A stretch of 63,355 bases of DNA, filler included, from Octopus bimaculoides (lineage: Eukaryota), in NCBI RefSeq assembly GCF_001194135.2. It is 8 parts of 8 records of this genome, joined end to end, with 100 filler letters (N's around TTAATTAATTAA, not from the genome) between each part and the next. Parts side by side here need not be neighbours in the genome. Positions count along the whole stretch, not along the records: positions 19,866 to 27,189 come from NC_068985.1; positions 27,290 to 30,516 come from NW_026304866.1; positions 30,617 to 39,617 come from NC_068981.1; 5 more parts are not named here. One strand, 5' to 3'. The notes under the pieces were generated by a model. The model ran no database searches. It was given only the letters and a program-made list of their open reading frames with translations, and was not told the origin of the DNA. Of this stretch, positions 23,703-35,273 are shown one piece after another. The translations under genes and the position numbers were made by a program. Every line of letters begins with the position of its first letter. Positions within the stretch are counted from its first letter, which is position 1.

Positions 23703-26668
23703 TACACACACACTCACACATACATACATACATACACGCATGCACACAAATACGCCTGTCCACACATACACGTATACATGCATACACACTGATAAAGACA
23801 AAACAAAAGAGACAAAAAAGGTCAATGCAATTGGTTAGAATTATGTTTGTTTAAATTCAGAAACTCCTATTAAGCGGAGCTTATAAGTGTAAGTCCATTT
23901 GCCAATGAAAATAGCAATATTTATGTTGTGTAACTCTACAAATAATAATAGTTTTACATTCAATTTGTTGGTACATTTGTTAAGTATAAACGCTATTTTG
24001 ACATAGAAACAGCAGCTAACATATCATATACAATTCTTAAGATTTACTAATACACCCATTACACATCCGCAAAGACGAGAACACTGATCATAACAATGCA
24101 TGCGACTACACATGTACGCCTTTCAGACCGTATCTTCAAAATTGACGTCGAACTGACTGTTAAATCATCATTATTCATACAGCTCATCTTCGCCACGACA
24201 GAAATTTATAGAATTCCACGACCTGCAACACATATCAACCAAAAGTCCCTTAAATTATGGCCTTAAAATTGGAAAGACATGATGATTGATATAATCCTAG
24301 ACGCACACTGGCTTACAAAAGGATACTTTTTATTGTTTTTATTGGCGATACCTTCGCATTTCATTCAAGACCAGTGGGATCGTTGCTGCTAACGTTCTCT
24401 AACAATTGCAATTTGAAGGCTGCAAGAAAACACGTGAAAAACTGACGCTCTGGTGAGGAAGAATGTGACCTAAAGATTAGTTCGAGATCTGGACACACCT
24501 TCTACCTTACGTCAAATGAGTGAGGAACAGAGGCCACTATACTGGCAGCAGAAAAGGCTGAGAGAGGAGAAAGAGCATGTCAGTGAGACAGAAGTTGGAG
24601 TGTGTTGGTAAGTGAGTTCACGGCAACCTGGTAAATGACTTCATCATGAATGACTTTATGCCAATCAGTGACTTTCCGACTTTCCGACTTTCCGACTTTC
24701 CGTCTGGAATACCTTTGTGAAATAGTAGTACCGCCCCAGATGTGGAAGCTTTATTCTATTACGGATCTTCCTTATAGTTTGTTAATGAAGTTAAAAACAT
24801 TTCTAGGTCTAAAGAGAAAGACTAATCTAGGTTATGTAGTATGTTTTATGCTGCAGATGTGCATTGCCAAGAGAGACTCTCGGTGATGGTAAGGCCTACT
24901 ATTTTCAGCAATCTTTAGGATTTTAGCCGCCTGTTTTTTCATATCTGTGGTGAGGGCGATAATATTTTCTTAATATATGCAGAGGATATGCCTCTGCGTT
25001 GTTGAGGGAGACAAGATTGATATGATCCCGATGAATTTTCTCAATCAAGTTTGACCTGGAGCTAAACAACAACAGTAGATTTAATCTATTATCTAATTTA
25101 ACACCACCTCCCGGCTACATTTGGGTCAAGTCTCTGTTCTGAAGATATCTTTCTCTCTTCTTCCAACTGTAAGAGGACTTAGAAAGCTTCATGCGTACTG
25201 GTTTTCTTCTGACAAGGCAATTCAAATGAAAAATTACAACCACCACCACAAGCTGATTGGCACTTACTTTTCATTCCTTACATGTTACTGCTTAACGGTT
25301 CTTAATCCCTAGAAGAAACAAGCCGTATCTCACCCGTACACAAACTAACACAATTCTATCACTCATAGTGTATATCAACCGCAGATACCATGCCAATCAC
25401 ATTCGCAATAATTCCTTCTCTAAACTTCAACCCACTGGAACTCCTTAGCTACGATACTTCTCTCGCTCTCAGAACAGATATCGACCGGTAGAAGTTGTAT
25501 ATGAATATAAACAGAATCGATTCCATCACAAACTATATCATTTTGTGTTAGGATATTCTTTTTATAAGAAAGTAATGGTTTTCTTTTTTAAATATGCTAA
25601 TTTTCTACACCAACTCAAGTGCAATATTATACATAGATTTAACTCTTCTCTCAACACACCTTCGGTGAATGAATCTAATAATTTCAGTATTTATCAGAAT
25701 GTTAATATATTAGTCATTAGGTAATTTTTTTTCTTTACCTCATCTCATAATTTCTAGTTAATCTTTAAATGCTCACTACATTGAATATATTCAGAGAAAC
25801 TTTAAAGAAATAATTTTATAATAGCCGTACACGACTTATGATGTGATTGGGAAGTTGATATTTCTGTTCCGAAGAAAGAAACAGTTAGAAAGACAAATAT
25901 CTCACGAATAATGACGTAATTCCATTTATTTACAATAGCAACTTTAGATAATAAACAAAAGACAAATCGAAATATATATATTTCAAGAAATATACGTAAT
26001 TGTTTTTAATCGAAAACTGCGTTACAGATTGATTCCGCAATGGTTGCATTACATACGTATACGCTTCCATCTACAGATATCTTTAAACGCTAGTAGATGT
26101 GGAAATTCGAATGTTATTTTGAAAACTAAGATTACTGAAAGTTTATAGAGAACTGTCAAATATATTATTTGCTTTGAATTTGTATTTTGTCTGAAGTATT
26201 TGCTTCTTCAAATAGTGTAAATTCGGTAGTACTGAAGGTGCAATACCAAGAACGAACATCAATGAAAACTATATTCTTTGATATAAATTTGTCATCTCTT
26301 CTAGCTTCAGAGTTGTTATTTATCACGTTTATCTTTACACCAAATTGTAAACTATCTTAGCTAATGGAAAGAAATCGAAAGCATAAATCTAGAATATTAT
26401 TTTGCTACGGTGCGACTATGTTAGCATAGATTTCCCAAATTTTATTATGCTGTAATATACAACTTTATTTTCATGCCAGAGAAAAGTGCATATGGCATGA
26501 CATGAATCCAATTTCAGTGAATTAAATAAAAAAAAAAAATGTCCCATTGAGCTGTGGATTCAAGTTTACAAGAAGGTGTGTAGAAATATGCACGTCTCTT
26601 GATACGTAATACATGCAAAAAGATATACATACATACGTATATATAATTGAAAATGTTGGAGTCAACAC

Positions 26669-26721
<53 letters not shown>

Positions 26722-27145
26722 TTAGGAGCAGCTCGAGCGATATAAACAATATCGAACATACAAACATAATGTATGTGTTTTGCTAGTACGTGGGTAAGCG
26801 TAAGAGACTGTATCCTCACGAATGCACCCGACGCGGTGTTAACAATTCGCAAATCGATGTCCATCGCTCCTGATTGGAACCTGGTACGAGTTATCTCACT
26901 TGTCTATGACTTTCGGGTGATTTAATACCAGGTGCACTGATAAGAATATATTCTCTTATGCCCATAAGCGCAGCCTACCCACGAACTAACACAACAAAAA
27001 CCTTGTGTATGTGTACTCGATATTGTTGTTGATATATATAAATATATATACGTATGTTTAGACTGATAGATAGATAGATTAATTGATTGATTGATTGATT
27101 GATTGAGAGCGAAAGAGAGAGAGAGAGAGAGAGAGAGAAGAGAAA

Positions 27146-27189
<44 letters not shown>

Positions 27190-27290
27190 NNNNNNNNNNN
27201 NNNNNNNNNNNNNNNNNNNNNNNNNNNNNNNNNTTAATTAATTAANNNNNNNNNNNNNNNNNNNNNNNNNNNNNNNNNNNNNNNNNNNNT

Positions 27291-27425
27291 GGGACAGACT
27301 TTACTGTAACTGGTATTTTCCCTATCTTCCTGTAAAAATGTTTGGGGTTATTTTTAAGCATGTTGTTCTTGAAGGATCTAACGTGCTTTTCATACCTTGC
27401 TATGCGGGCAGCTTTAGTTTGATGG
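27291..27425 (-). mobile_element. R4/Dong-like LINE fragment
   Basis: Minus translation QTKAARIARYEKHVRSFKNNMLKNNPKHFYRKIG matches the pre-RT region of R4/Dong ORFs. The same region occurs at 50.1 kb. Confidence 0.6.
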
Positions 27426-27469
27426 TTTCTATGGTGGTAACAATGTCAAATATGGTTTTCATATATTTT

Positions 27470-27716
27470 ATAAGGGGATGCAATCGCTTTGTTTCGGATG
27501 AGACGTAGTTTGCTGTAAAGTAGGATTCAATTTGGGTAAACCAAACGGATATGTCTCCAGTGAAAATAGGCACAGGTGAATGAGAAACAACAGCTATTGG
27601 AGGTGATGCCTTTGTTACTTGCCGAGTGTGTGAGTCTGGTGTTTCGTTGTTAGTGTNNNNNNNNNNGCCTTTGTTACTTGCCGAGTGTGTGAGTCTGGTG
27701 TTTCGTTGTTAGTGTA
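27470..27716 (-). mobile_element. Gypsy gag N-terminal fragment (DUF7041-like)
   Basis: Minus translation SPVPIFTGDISVWFTQIESYFTANYVSSETKRL (cf. PPFWxxxxxxWFxQxEAxF). Confidence 0.6.
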
Positions 27717-28149
27717 AGAATTATCGCTGTTACGAGTATCTGTACTGCCACGTGAGTAATATTTTGTTTTTTTGTGATGGTGGAATGTTAAGGATTGAAG
27801 ACAGGAGTGCGTGAAATGTNNNNNNNNNNNNNNNNNNNNNNNNNNNNNNNNNNNNNNNNNNNNNNNNNNNNNNNNNNNNNNNNNNNNNNNNNNNNNNNNN
27901 NNNNNNNNNNNNNNNNNNNNNNNNNNNNNNNNNNNNNNNNNNNNNNNNNNNNNNNNNNNNNNNNNNNNNNNNNNNNNNNNNNNNNNNNNNNNNNNNNNNN
28001 NNNNNNNNNNNNNNNNNNNNNNNNNNNNNNNNNNNNNNNNNNNNNNNNNNNNNNNNNNNNNNNNNNNNNNNNNNAGTTATTGGCAGCTGGTAAGATGACT
28101 GCCGAAATGGAAAAAAGAAAGAGTCCTCTCTGTGCTTATATCCCTTTTA

Positions 28150-28261
28150 CAACTTCCGTTGTCTGTAAGGGTTATGTTTTGCGCATGCGTCGTGGCTGCC
28201 AGCTGTATCCCTTCCAGGCTTTTATGTTTAGCCCCGAGACAATCCAAGAAGGATGACAGGT
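28150..28261 (+). promoter_or_regulatory. Candidate housekeeping-type promoter and first exon
   Basis: ETS-type ACTTCCG (28152-28158), NRF1-type TGCGCATGCG (28180-28189), local CpG enrichment, then ATGACAG|GTACAC donor at 28259/28260. Confidence 0.4.
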
Positions 28262-28768
28262 ACACTACAAGTGTAAACAAGTATCGTCAAAAATAGTGGC
28301 GATACTACAATAATTGGCGACGAGTAACTACGTTATAATANNNNNNNNNNAATAGTGGCGATACTACAATAATTGGCGACGAGTAACTACGTTATAATAC
28401 TAACTAAAATCGTGATTCCTTTGAGCCAGCAAGAACATCTCTATGTGATTGTTTGAACTGTTAGAAATAGCTGTAGAATTTTCTTCAGATCATTATAAGC
28501 GTATATTTATCTTTAAAAATATTATTATATTATGTGGTTCTGGGTTCCCTGTACATTGGGAAAATGGCATGAATGGTCATGAATGAAATGCCTTTAATTA
28601 TGACTGTTTAAATGGGACTGATCTAGGACCAAACAACAACTACATCATCAATAAGAATAACAGCAGTATAATGATTTGTACTATAGACATAAGGCAACTG
28701 GATTTTGTGCAATCAACCCCTGTGTTTGACTGACTGATATTTATTATATTATCAGTTTTATTTTTTAG

Positions 28769-28811
28769 TCAGCAGTACATAGGCCTCATATTGCGCCTCT
28801 AAGACTGATAG
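28769..28811 (+). CDS. Candidate small exon (SAVHRPHIAPLRLI-G), unknown gene
   Basis: Poly-T acceptor TTTTTTAG with alternative AGs at 28771-28772 and 28774-28775, donor ATAG|GTGAGA, one open frame. No homology recognised. Confidence 0.25.
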
Positions 28812-28868
28812 GTGAGAAGGAGGAAAGTATCTTCAAACTGAAGACCATGTCAGATGCTTGCAACAGAG

Positions 28869-29054
28869 CTGGCAGAAACGTTAGCACGTTCAAATTCCGC
28901 CGAGGTCGACTTTGCCTTTCATCCATTCGGGGTCGATNNNNNNNNNNNNNNNNNNNNNNNNNNNNNNNNNNNNNNNNNNNNNNNNNNNNNNNNNNNNNNN
29001 NNNNNNNNNGTTTGTCCCCTCTATGTTTAGCTCCTTGTGGGCAATAAAGAAATA
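28869..29054 (+). mobile_element. tRNA-derived SINE with 17-bp target-site duplication
   Basis: AGATGCTTGCAACAGAG at 28852-28868 and 29055-29071 flanks a SINE body that lacks the segment between its A and B boxes. Confidence 0.8.
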
Positions 29055-30839
29055 AGATGCTTGCAACAGAGTGGACTCTGTTAAACATTCCCAAAGTGTT
29101 AGGTTGTGTTAGTGTTAGTTAGGTGATGAATCAAATCCACCATCTGGTACTTATTCTACCATTCTCTTTTACTGAACTGCTAAGTTATGAGGATGTAAAG
29201 AAACTGATAATGGTTACTGGCAGATTTGAACTCTGAATACAAAGGACTGGAGCAAATACTACAAGGCCTCTTGCTATTATATTTATGTTAATACACCCAG
29301 CCCGAATTGTTTTTTTACTTGAATTGANNNNNNNNNNNNNNNNNNNNNNNNNNNNNNNNNNNNNNNNNNNNNNNNNNNNNNNNNNNNNNNNNNNNNNNNN
29401 NNNNNNNNNNNNNNNNNNNNNNNNNNNNNNNNNNNNNNNNNNNNNNNNNNNNNNNNNNNNNNNNNNNNNNNNNNNNNNNNNNNNNNNNNNNNNNNNNNNN
29501 NNNNNNNNNNNNNNNNNNNNNNNNNNNNNNNNNNNNNNNNNNNNNNNNNNNNNNNNNNNNNNNNNNNNNNNNNNNNNNNNNNNNNNNNNNNNNNNNNNNN
29601 NNNNNNNNNNNNNNNNNNNNNNNNNNNTTGACCAGCATGCTAACAATTCTGCCTGCTCACCACCTTAGTTGGAATAAATATTGTGAAGCATTCTATCAAC
29701 ATCCTAACAAATCTGCCTATTTATTAGCCCTGAAGGGATGAAAAGCAAAATCAGTTTTAATAAGATCTAAACTCAAAATATAATGAAATATCCTTTTATT
29801 GTTTCTGCCAATTCAAACTTTTAAGTTCTAGCAAGTAATATGGAGATGATGTTTGTTATCATGACCATTCTTAATTAAAAATAGTGATATTTGTTTAAAA
29901 AAATCAGTACTTATATATTTTCTAGTAGGTTATATATAACGAGGTAATGGCCAGCACAGCTTATCCCTTGGCAATTTTATGCCACTATTTGTCTAAATTA
30001 GTCCTGGGCAGCCTTGGACCACAAAACNNNNNNNNNNNNNNNNNNNNNNNNNNNNNNTCATGTCTCATGTGGCCAGTTTTTTGAAAAGGTTGCCCTTGCC
30101 TGATCTAAATGAAGCAAGAAATAAATTTCTACATGGTCGTTTGACTTAAAAATAGCCAAAGCTCCCTCAGCTCAAAGCCTACAGTCTTAAACAAAGGAAG
30201 TACATATAATACAGTATATTCTAGGCTATCCTGTACCTAGAACAAATGCTATATTGATAAATCAATTCAACCAAGGTTGACATGGAGCTAAACAACAATA
30301 TTAATAGCAGTATCAGTAACAACAACAATTTGTCTAAAAGCTGTTTTTCTTCAAGTAAAACATTGATTTTCTATATAGCCATAAAGCCGATATATGTAAA
30401 CAAAAGAATGTAGTTGATTGTTTTCCTATCCCCATCACCAATACATTTGTTCACATGTGCTTTTTAATCATCGTCGTCGTCGTTTAACGTCCGCTTTCCA
30501 TGCTAGCATGGGTTGGNNNNNNNNNNNNNNNNNNNNNNNNNNNNNNNNNNNNNNNNNNNNTTAATTAATTAANNNNNNNNNNNNNNNNNNNNNNNNNNNN
30601 NNNNNNNNNNNNNNNNTATATATATATATATATATGGAAAAAAAAGTCAAGGTAGAAAATGCTAAAATAATTTTATAAAAAGCATTTCAGTACCAGTTTC
30701 AGTCATTGAGACTTTTTCAACTGCAAGTATGGAAAACAATTAAATTAAAAGAAAAGTTTTTTAAAAGAATATTTGCATAGTATTCAAATACCAGGGGCAT
30801 TTTCCTTGTTTCTGCTGGATATTTCTTCTCGTCTTGTAA

Positions 30840-30985
30840 TAATAATAATAACATCAAAAAATACTTTAGGAATGAGAACCTAGGTTTGAAATTTCCCCAA
30901 GACACCCGATGAAGGTTGGAGGGTATATCAGCTGAAACGGTTTAACAATAAATATGATGAGGACAAATATCCAACAAATGTGAAT
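30840..30985 (+). repeat. Penelope-type repeat fragment with hammerhead-like core
   Basis: GACAC-CCGATGA-A-GGTTG-GAGGGTATAT-CAGCT-GAAACG at 30901-30939. Confidence 0.45.
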
Positions 30986-31009
30986 AATGTTAATAGTTTC
31001 ACTATGTAT

Positions 31010-31345
31010 ACATTATATACATAATGAAAGTATTAATAGTGAAACTATTAAAAACTGAAAGTATTAGCTCACATTACAATAGAGATGTTATTGTTTCACA
31101 TTTGACACGTAACACTGAAATAGTGTAAGAGATAAGAGATTGCTCCGGGCTCGCATTAGGCAAGAAGTTAAAAATTTGTTTGATCCATGACACTGCATGG
31201 ACCTTAAATAAGGCATGTGTAAAATTTGAGAGAGTGGTTGGGTGGGTAGTTCTCGAGCTTTAGTGATGCACACATACAGACACAGACAGACAGACACAGA
31301 CAGACAGACACAAACACACACATTCTCAGTTTTATATATATAAGA
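31010..31345 (-). mobile_element. Helitron 5' fragment (same family as 42252-44708)
   Basis: Minus strand starts TCTTATATATATAAAACTGAGAATGTGTGTG. The body is homologous to 42252-42525 and 43935-44110. Confidence 0.7.
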
Positions 31346-31474
31346 GGCATCAAGCNNNNNNNNNNGATGATGATGATATATTCTCAGTGCTATTTTATGC
31401 CTAAAAAATTTTTTTTCTCACTTAAAATGTCAGTAGCTTTGCCTTCCATAACATACGAATTTATCAAAACTCAC

Positions 31475-31526
31475 AAACTGTTCCTTGTGAAACCCATCCA
31501 GCACAGATCGTCCATCACATACACTT
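31475..31526 (-). CDS. Candidate 52-nt exon on minus strand (xSVCDGRSVLDGFHKEQF)
   Basis: Acceptor CCTCATTTCAG|, donor TTT|GTGAGT, two frames open. No homology recognised. Confidence 0.3.
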
Positions 31527-32197
31527 CTGAAATGAGGTATTCCAACCAATTATTATTTACTGATACCCAGGGAGTGTTGCTATTTACATTATAATTTTGT
31601 AGATATGTTAGTCCTCAAAGTCCCGTGTTCCAAGGATGTAATATGGAAGATGTGGTAGAAAATGTGAGATATTGAAGAAAATGCATTTTTCTGAAATAAA
31701 TGAATTTTAAAGCTGATGTAGTGAACAACAGAATGCTATTTACCACAGGTAAAAAAAAGAAAGAGAGATACTAAAAATATGATCAGAGAAATTGACACAA
31801 CTTATTTTTATAGTTAATTTATTAAGAGAGAAGATGACACCTCCATTCTTAATGTTTTCTTCATTTTCTGGAAGAAGAAAAGCCAAAACCCTGCTTTACT
31901 CTGAAGACTAACTACATTACTGAAAGGTCTGAAGGGAATTAATAGAGGTTATTATGAGGAATGTAGTAGAAGTGACTTTAAAAAATCAGGCTTTGGCAGC
32001 AGCAACAGAGATGGCGACAACTACACAGCAGTAGCAACTACTAACAGAGTTAAAAGGTCACAAATTTTAGGTGAAGATGTAACTGAATAAGCACAAGACA
32101 TGACTAGAACTTATTTTATTAACTTATTCTATTATGGAAGATATGAATAGTGAGCTTGGTATGACAAAAATTGCAATTTTCACTTATAATTTCCTAG

Positions 32198-32221
32198 GCA
32201 GGATGAGTATTAGTGTTGAAG
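32198..32221 (+). CDS. Candidate 24-nt phase-1 micro-exon (x-RMSISVE-x)
   Basis: Acceptor CACTTATAATTTCCTAG|, donor GAAG|GTAATT. Only the phase-1 frame is open. Confidence 0.3.
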
Positions 32222-32346
32222 GTAATTTAGAGTTTTGAAGAGTGCTCAGTTTCCTCCCAGGTGAGGTTTCTCTTTTGAGATATATATTTTTATATTTATA
32301 TTTCAAAATTTTCTAATTCCACTAAATCTCTCTCTCTCTCTCTCTC

Positions 32347-32382
<36 letters not shown>

Positions 32383-32856
32383 NNNNNNNNNNNNNNNNNN
32401 NNNNNNNNNNNNNNNNNNNNNNNNNNNNNNNNNNNNNNNNNNNNNNNNNNNNNNNNNNNNNNNNNNNNNNNNNNNNNNNNNNNNNNNNNNNNNNNNNNNN
32501 NNNNNNNNNNNNNNNNNNNNNNNNNNNNNNNNNNNNNNNNNNNNNNNNNNNNNNNNNNNNNNNNNNNNNNNNNNNNNNNNNNNNNNNNNNNNNNNNNNNN
32601 NNNNNNNNNNNNNNNNNNNNNNNNNNNNNNNNNNNNNNNNNNNNNNNNNNNNNNNNNNNNNNNNNNNNNNNNNNNNNNNNNNNNNNNNNNNNNNNNNNNN
32701 NNNNNNNNNNNNNNNNNNNNNNNNNNNNNNNNNNNNNNNNNNNNNNNNNNNNNNNNNNNNNNNNNNNNNNNNNNNNNNNNNNNNNNNNNNNNNNNNNNNN
32801 NNNNNNNNNNNNNNNNNNNNNNNNNNNNNNNNNNNNNNNNNNNNNNNNNNNNNNNN

Positions 32857-33381
32857 NCACTAGTCATTGAGTATGACTCCTTCGTGTACCACTTGGTTAA
32901 CCATGCAGGTGACTAGGCTATAGCCGACACCGCCAGATATTTTAAGCATCTTAGCAGTGATTCCAGATGGGCTGGGGGGCTTTCCCTGTCTTCATATTCT
33001 TAATTGTGTTATCTACCAAGGTACTGTCAATTCGGATAGCTGGACCCTCAGTTGGGTTAACATTTGACAGACTCTCTTTCTCCCATTCATTCTCTTCATT
33101 TAGCAACTTTTCACAGTGGCATATTCAAGTCTCTTTCTTTGCAGCATCATTAAATGCAAGTGAGCCATCATCCATGCAGGCACATTTCTCTCCTATGACA
33201 TCACGATTTTCTCACACACATAGTCTTGCAATTCAAAACATTTCAAGTTTCTGGTCCTCACGATGCAGAACATTGGCAAATCTCTTCTTTTCTGCTTTCC
33301 CTCTGGTTAAGTAAACCTGTCTCCTAGCTTCCCTTCTGGCTACCTGATACAGTTCCTTGCTACCACCACAATTCCAGTCCC
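32857..33381 (-). mobile_element. RTE-clade LINE, inverted 5' segment
   Basis: Minus translation RDWNCGGSKELYQVARREARRQVYLTRGKAEKKRFANVLHREDQ, then pre-RT tether sequence running toward the gap. Confidence 0.8.
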
Positions 33382-34552
33382 GGTGATGAAAGTCACGGAG
33401 AGGGTCATAGCCCAACTAATTAGGGAGAGAGTTAGTTTAGATGAGATACAGTTTGGGTTTGTGCCAGGGATAAGCACCACTGATGCTATGTTTCTGGTAA
33501 GGCAATTTCAGGAGTAATACCTAGCCAAAGATAAACTTCTGTACCTGAATTTTGTTGACATGGAGAAAGCCTTTGACAGGGTCCCCAAATCCCTTATCTG
33601 GTGGTCAATGTGGAAACTAGGGATAAATGAGTGGTTGGTGAGAGCTGTGCAAGCCATGTACTGGGATGCTGTCAGTAAGGTGAGAGTTGGCAATGAGAAA
33701 CGCGAAGAATTCAGGGTACAAGTAGGGGTTCACCAAGGATCAGTCCTCAGCCCCCTCTTGTTCATCATAGTCCTCCAGGTGATAACAGAGGAATTCAAGA
33801 CAGGCTGCCTTTGGGAGATCTTCTATATTGATGACCTTTGCTCTAATAGCTGAATCACTACCATAACTATAGAAGCTTCAGGTATAGAAGCAAGGACTAG
33901 AATCAAAGGGCCTTAGAGTTAACCTTGCAAAAAACCAGTCTCAGTAAGTAAGAAGGCGGACAAATCACAAGTCCCTTCAGGTAGATGGCCCTGCTCAACC
34001 TGTAGAAAAGGTGTAGGTAGAAACTCCATAAGACGTACTCGGTGTAAGCTATGGACACATAAGAGGTGCAGCAATATCAGAGGAAGGTTAACAGGGAAGA
34101 TCGTTTTTGTGTGTGGAAGGTGGACAGGTACAATAAACACCAAAAATGTACAGAAAATAGATTCTATCACATGCCAGGGGGGGGGGGGGAACTAGAAGTA
34201 GTCGATAGCTTCTGTTATCTAGGCAACCAAGTCAGTATTGAGGGTGGATGCTCTGAGAGCGTAGCTGCCAGAATAAGAATAGCCTGGACAAAGTTCAGAG
34301 AGCTCCAACATCTGCTGGTAATAAAGGGTCTCTTGCTTAGAGTGAAAAGCACACTGTATGATGCCTGTACATGAACAGCTATGCTACATGGCAGTGAAAC
34401 ATGGGCTGTGACTGCTGAGGACATGCATAGGCTTGTAAGAAATGAAGCTAGTATGCTCTGCTGGATGTGTAATGTCAGTATCCATGCACAACAGAGTGTA
34501 AGTGTTCTGAGAGAAAAGTTGGATGTAAGAAGCATCAGATGTGGTGTGCAAA
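33382..34552 (+). mobile_element. RTE-clade LINE reverse transcriptase region, decayed
   Basis: VMKVTERVIAQLIRERVSLDEIQFGFVPG, MEKAFDRVP, GVHQGSVLSPLLF, YIDDL, WPCSTCRKGVGRNS and MLHGSETW motifs, with stops and frameshifts. Confidence 0.92.
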
Positions 34553-34619
34553 CCTGGTACTTATTCTATCAGTAGGTGTTTTTTATGATCCACCAACACA
34601 GGTGCCATTGACTTGACAC

Positions 34620-35233
34620 CAGCATCGGCTGTTTCAAGTGGCTCCATTTAATTGAACAATGCAATCATTACATCAGTTTAAATGCAAGGTTATCCTCAGC
34701 TGCATAAATAAATAAAATTTTTTAATCAGTTAATATAATTTTTCTCAAATTCTCTAATAGAGCAAGAAGAGAGAGAAAGTCTATGTTGCTACTAATGTGA
34801 CTCAGAATATACTACCCTACTAAGAACTGTATGAAGTCTCTTAGCATCATAGCTTGTAAATGATTGTGGTTCACTTTTAATTTATTAGTCTTTTTTTTAT
34901 CAACTACCAAATCTAAGGCTACAGGACAGTGTCTGTTTAGAATGGATAGACAGTGAGTTGATAGTTTCTAGTTGGGTAAATATTGTCAGGATTTAGAAAA
35001 TGTATGAGTAACTGTCTATAAAAGAGGCTGGGTAGAGGAAGACCCTAAATCAAGATGTTAATTACCAGTTAAAGTGGCAAGACGCTAATAAAACATATGA
35101 TGTTAATACAGAGGAAATGATCATGGGGTACAATGGATGATTATATATAAACAATATTGCTATGTTGTATGAAGATAAAATTTAAGATTACTAAAAATGG
35201 TATTATAACCAAAATAGATAAACTGTGTGTATG

Positions 35234-35273
<40 letters not shown>

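Noticed and set aside
24505-24615. Short ORF MSEEQRPLYWQQKRLREEK ending at a GTAAGT donor
   Set aside because: No clear acceptor or promoter context. It may be a repeat relic.
24668-24700. GACTTTCC repeats as NF-kB sites
   Set aside because: They lack the leading GGG of the GGGRNWYYCC consensus and are best explained as slippage repeats.
29929-29943. Other AG/GT micro-segments (29929-29943, 26787-26793, 46757-46770)
   Set aside because: They are not phase-1 symmetric or contain stops in the needed frame. Such matches are expected by chance in AT-rich DNA.
32198-32232. SISVEGNL resembling the deoxynucleoside kinase P-loop lead-in (ISxEGNI)
   Set aside because: The frame stops two codons later, there is no donor at the needed position, and no other dNK motifs were found.
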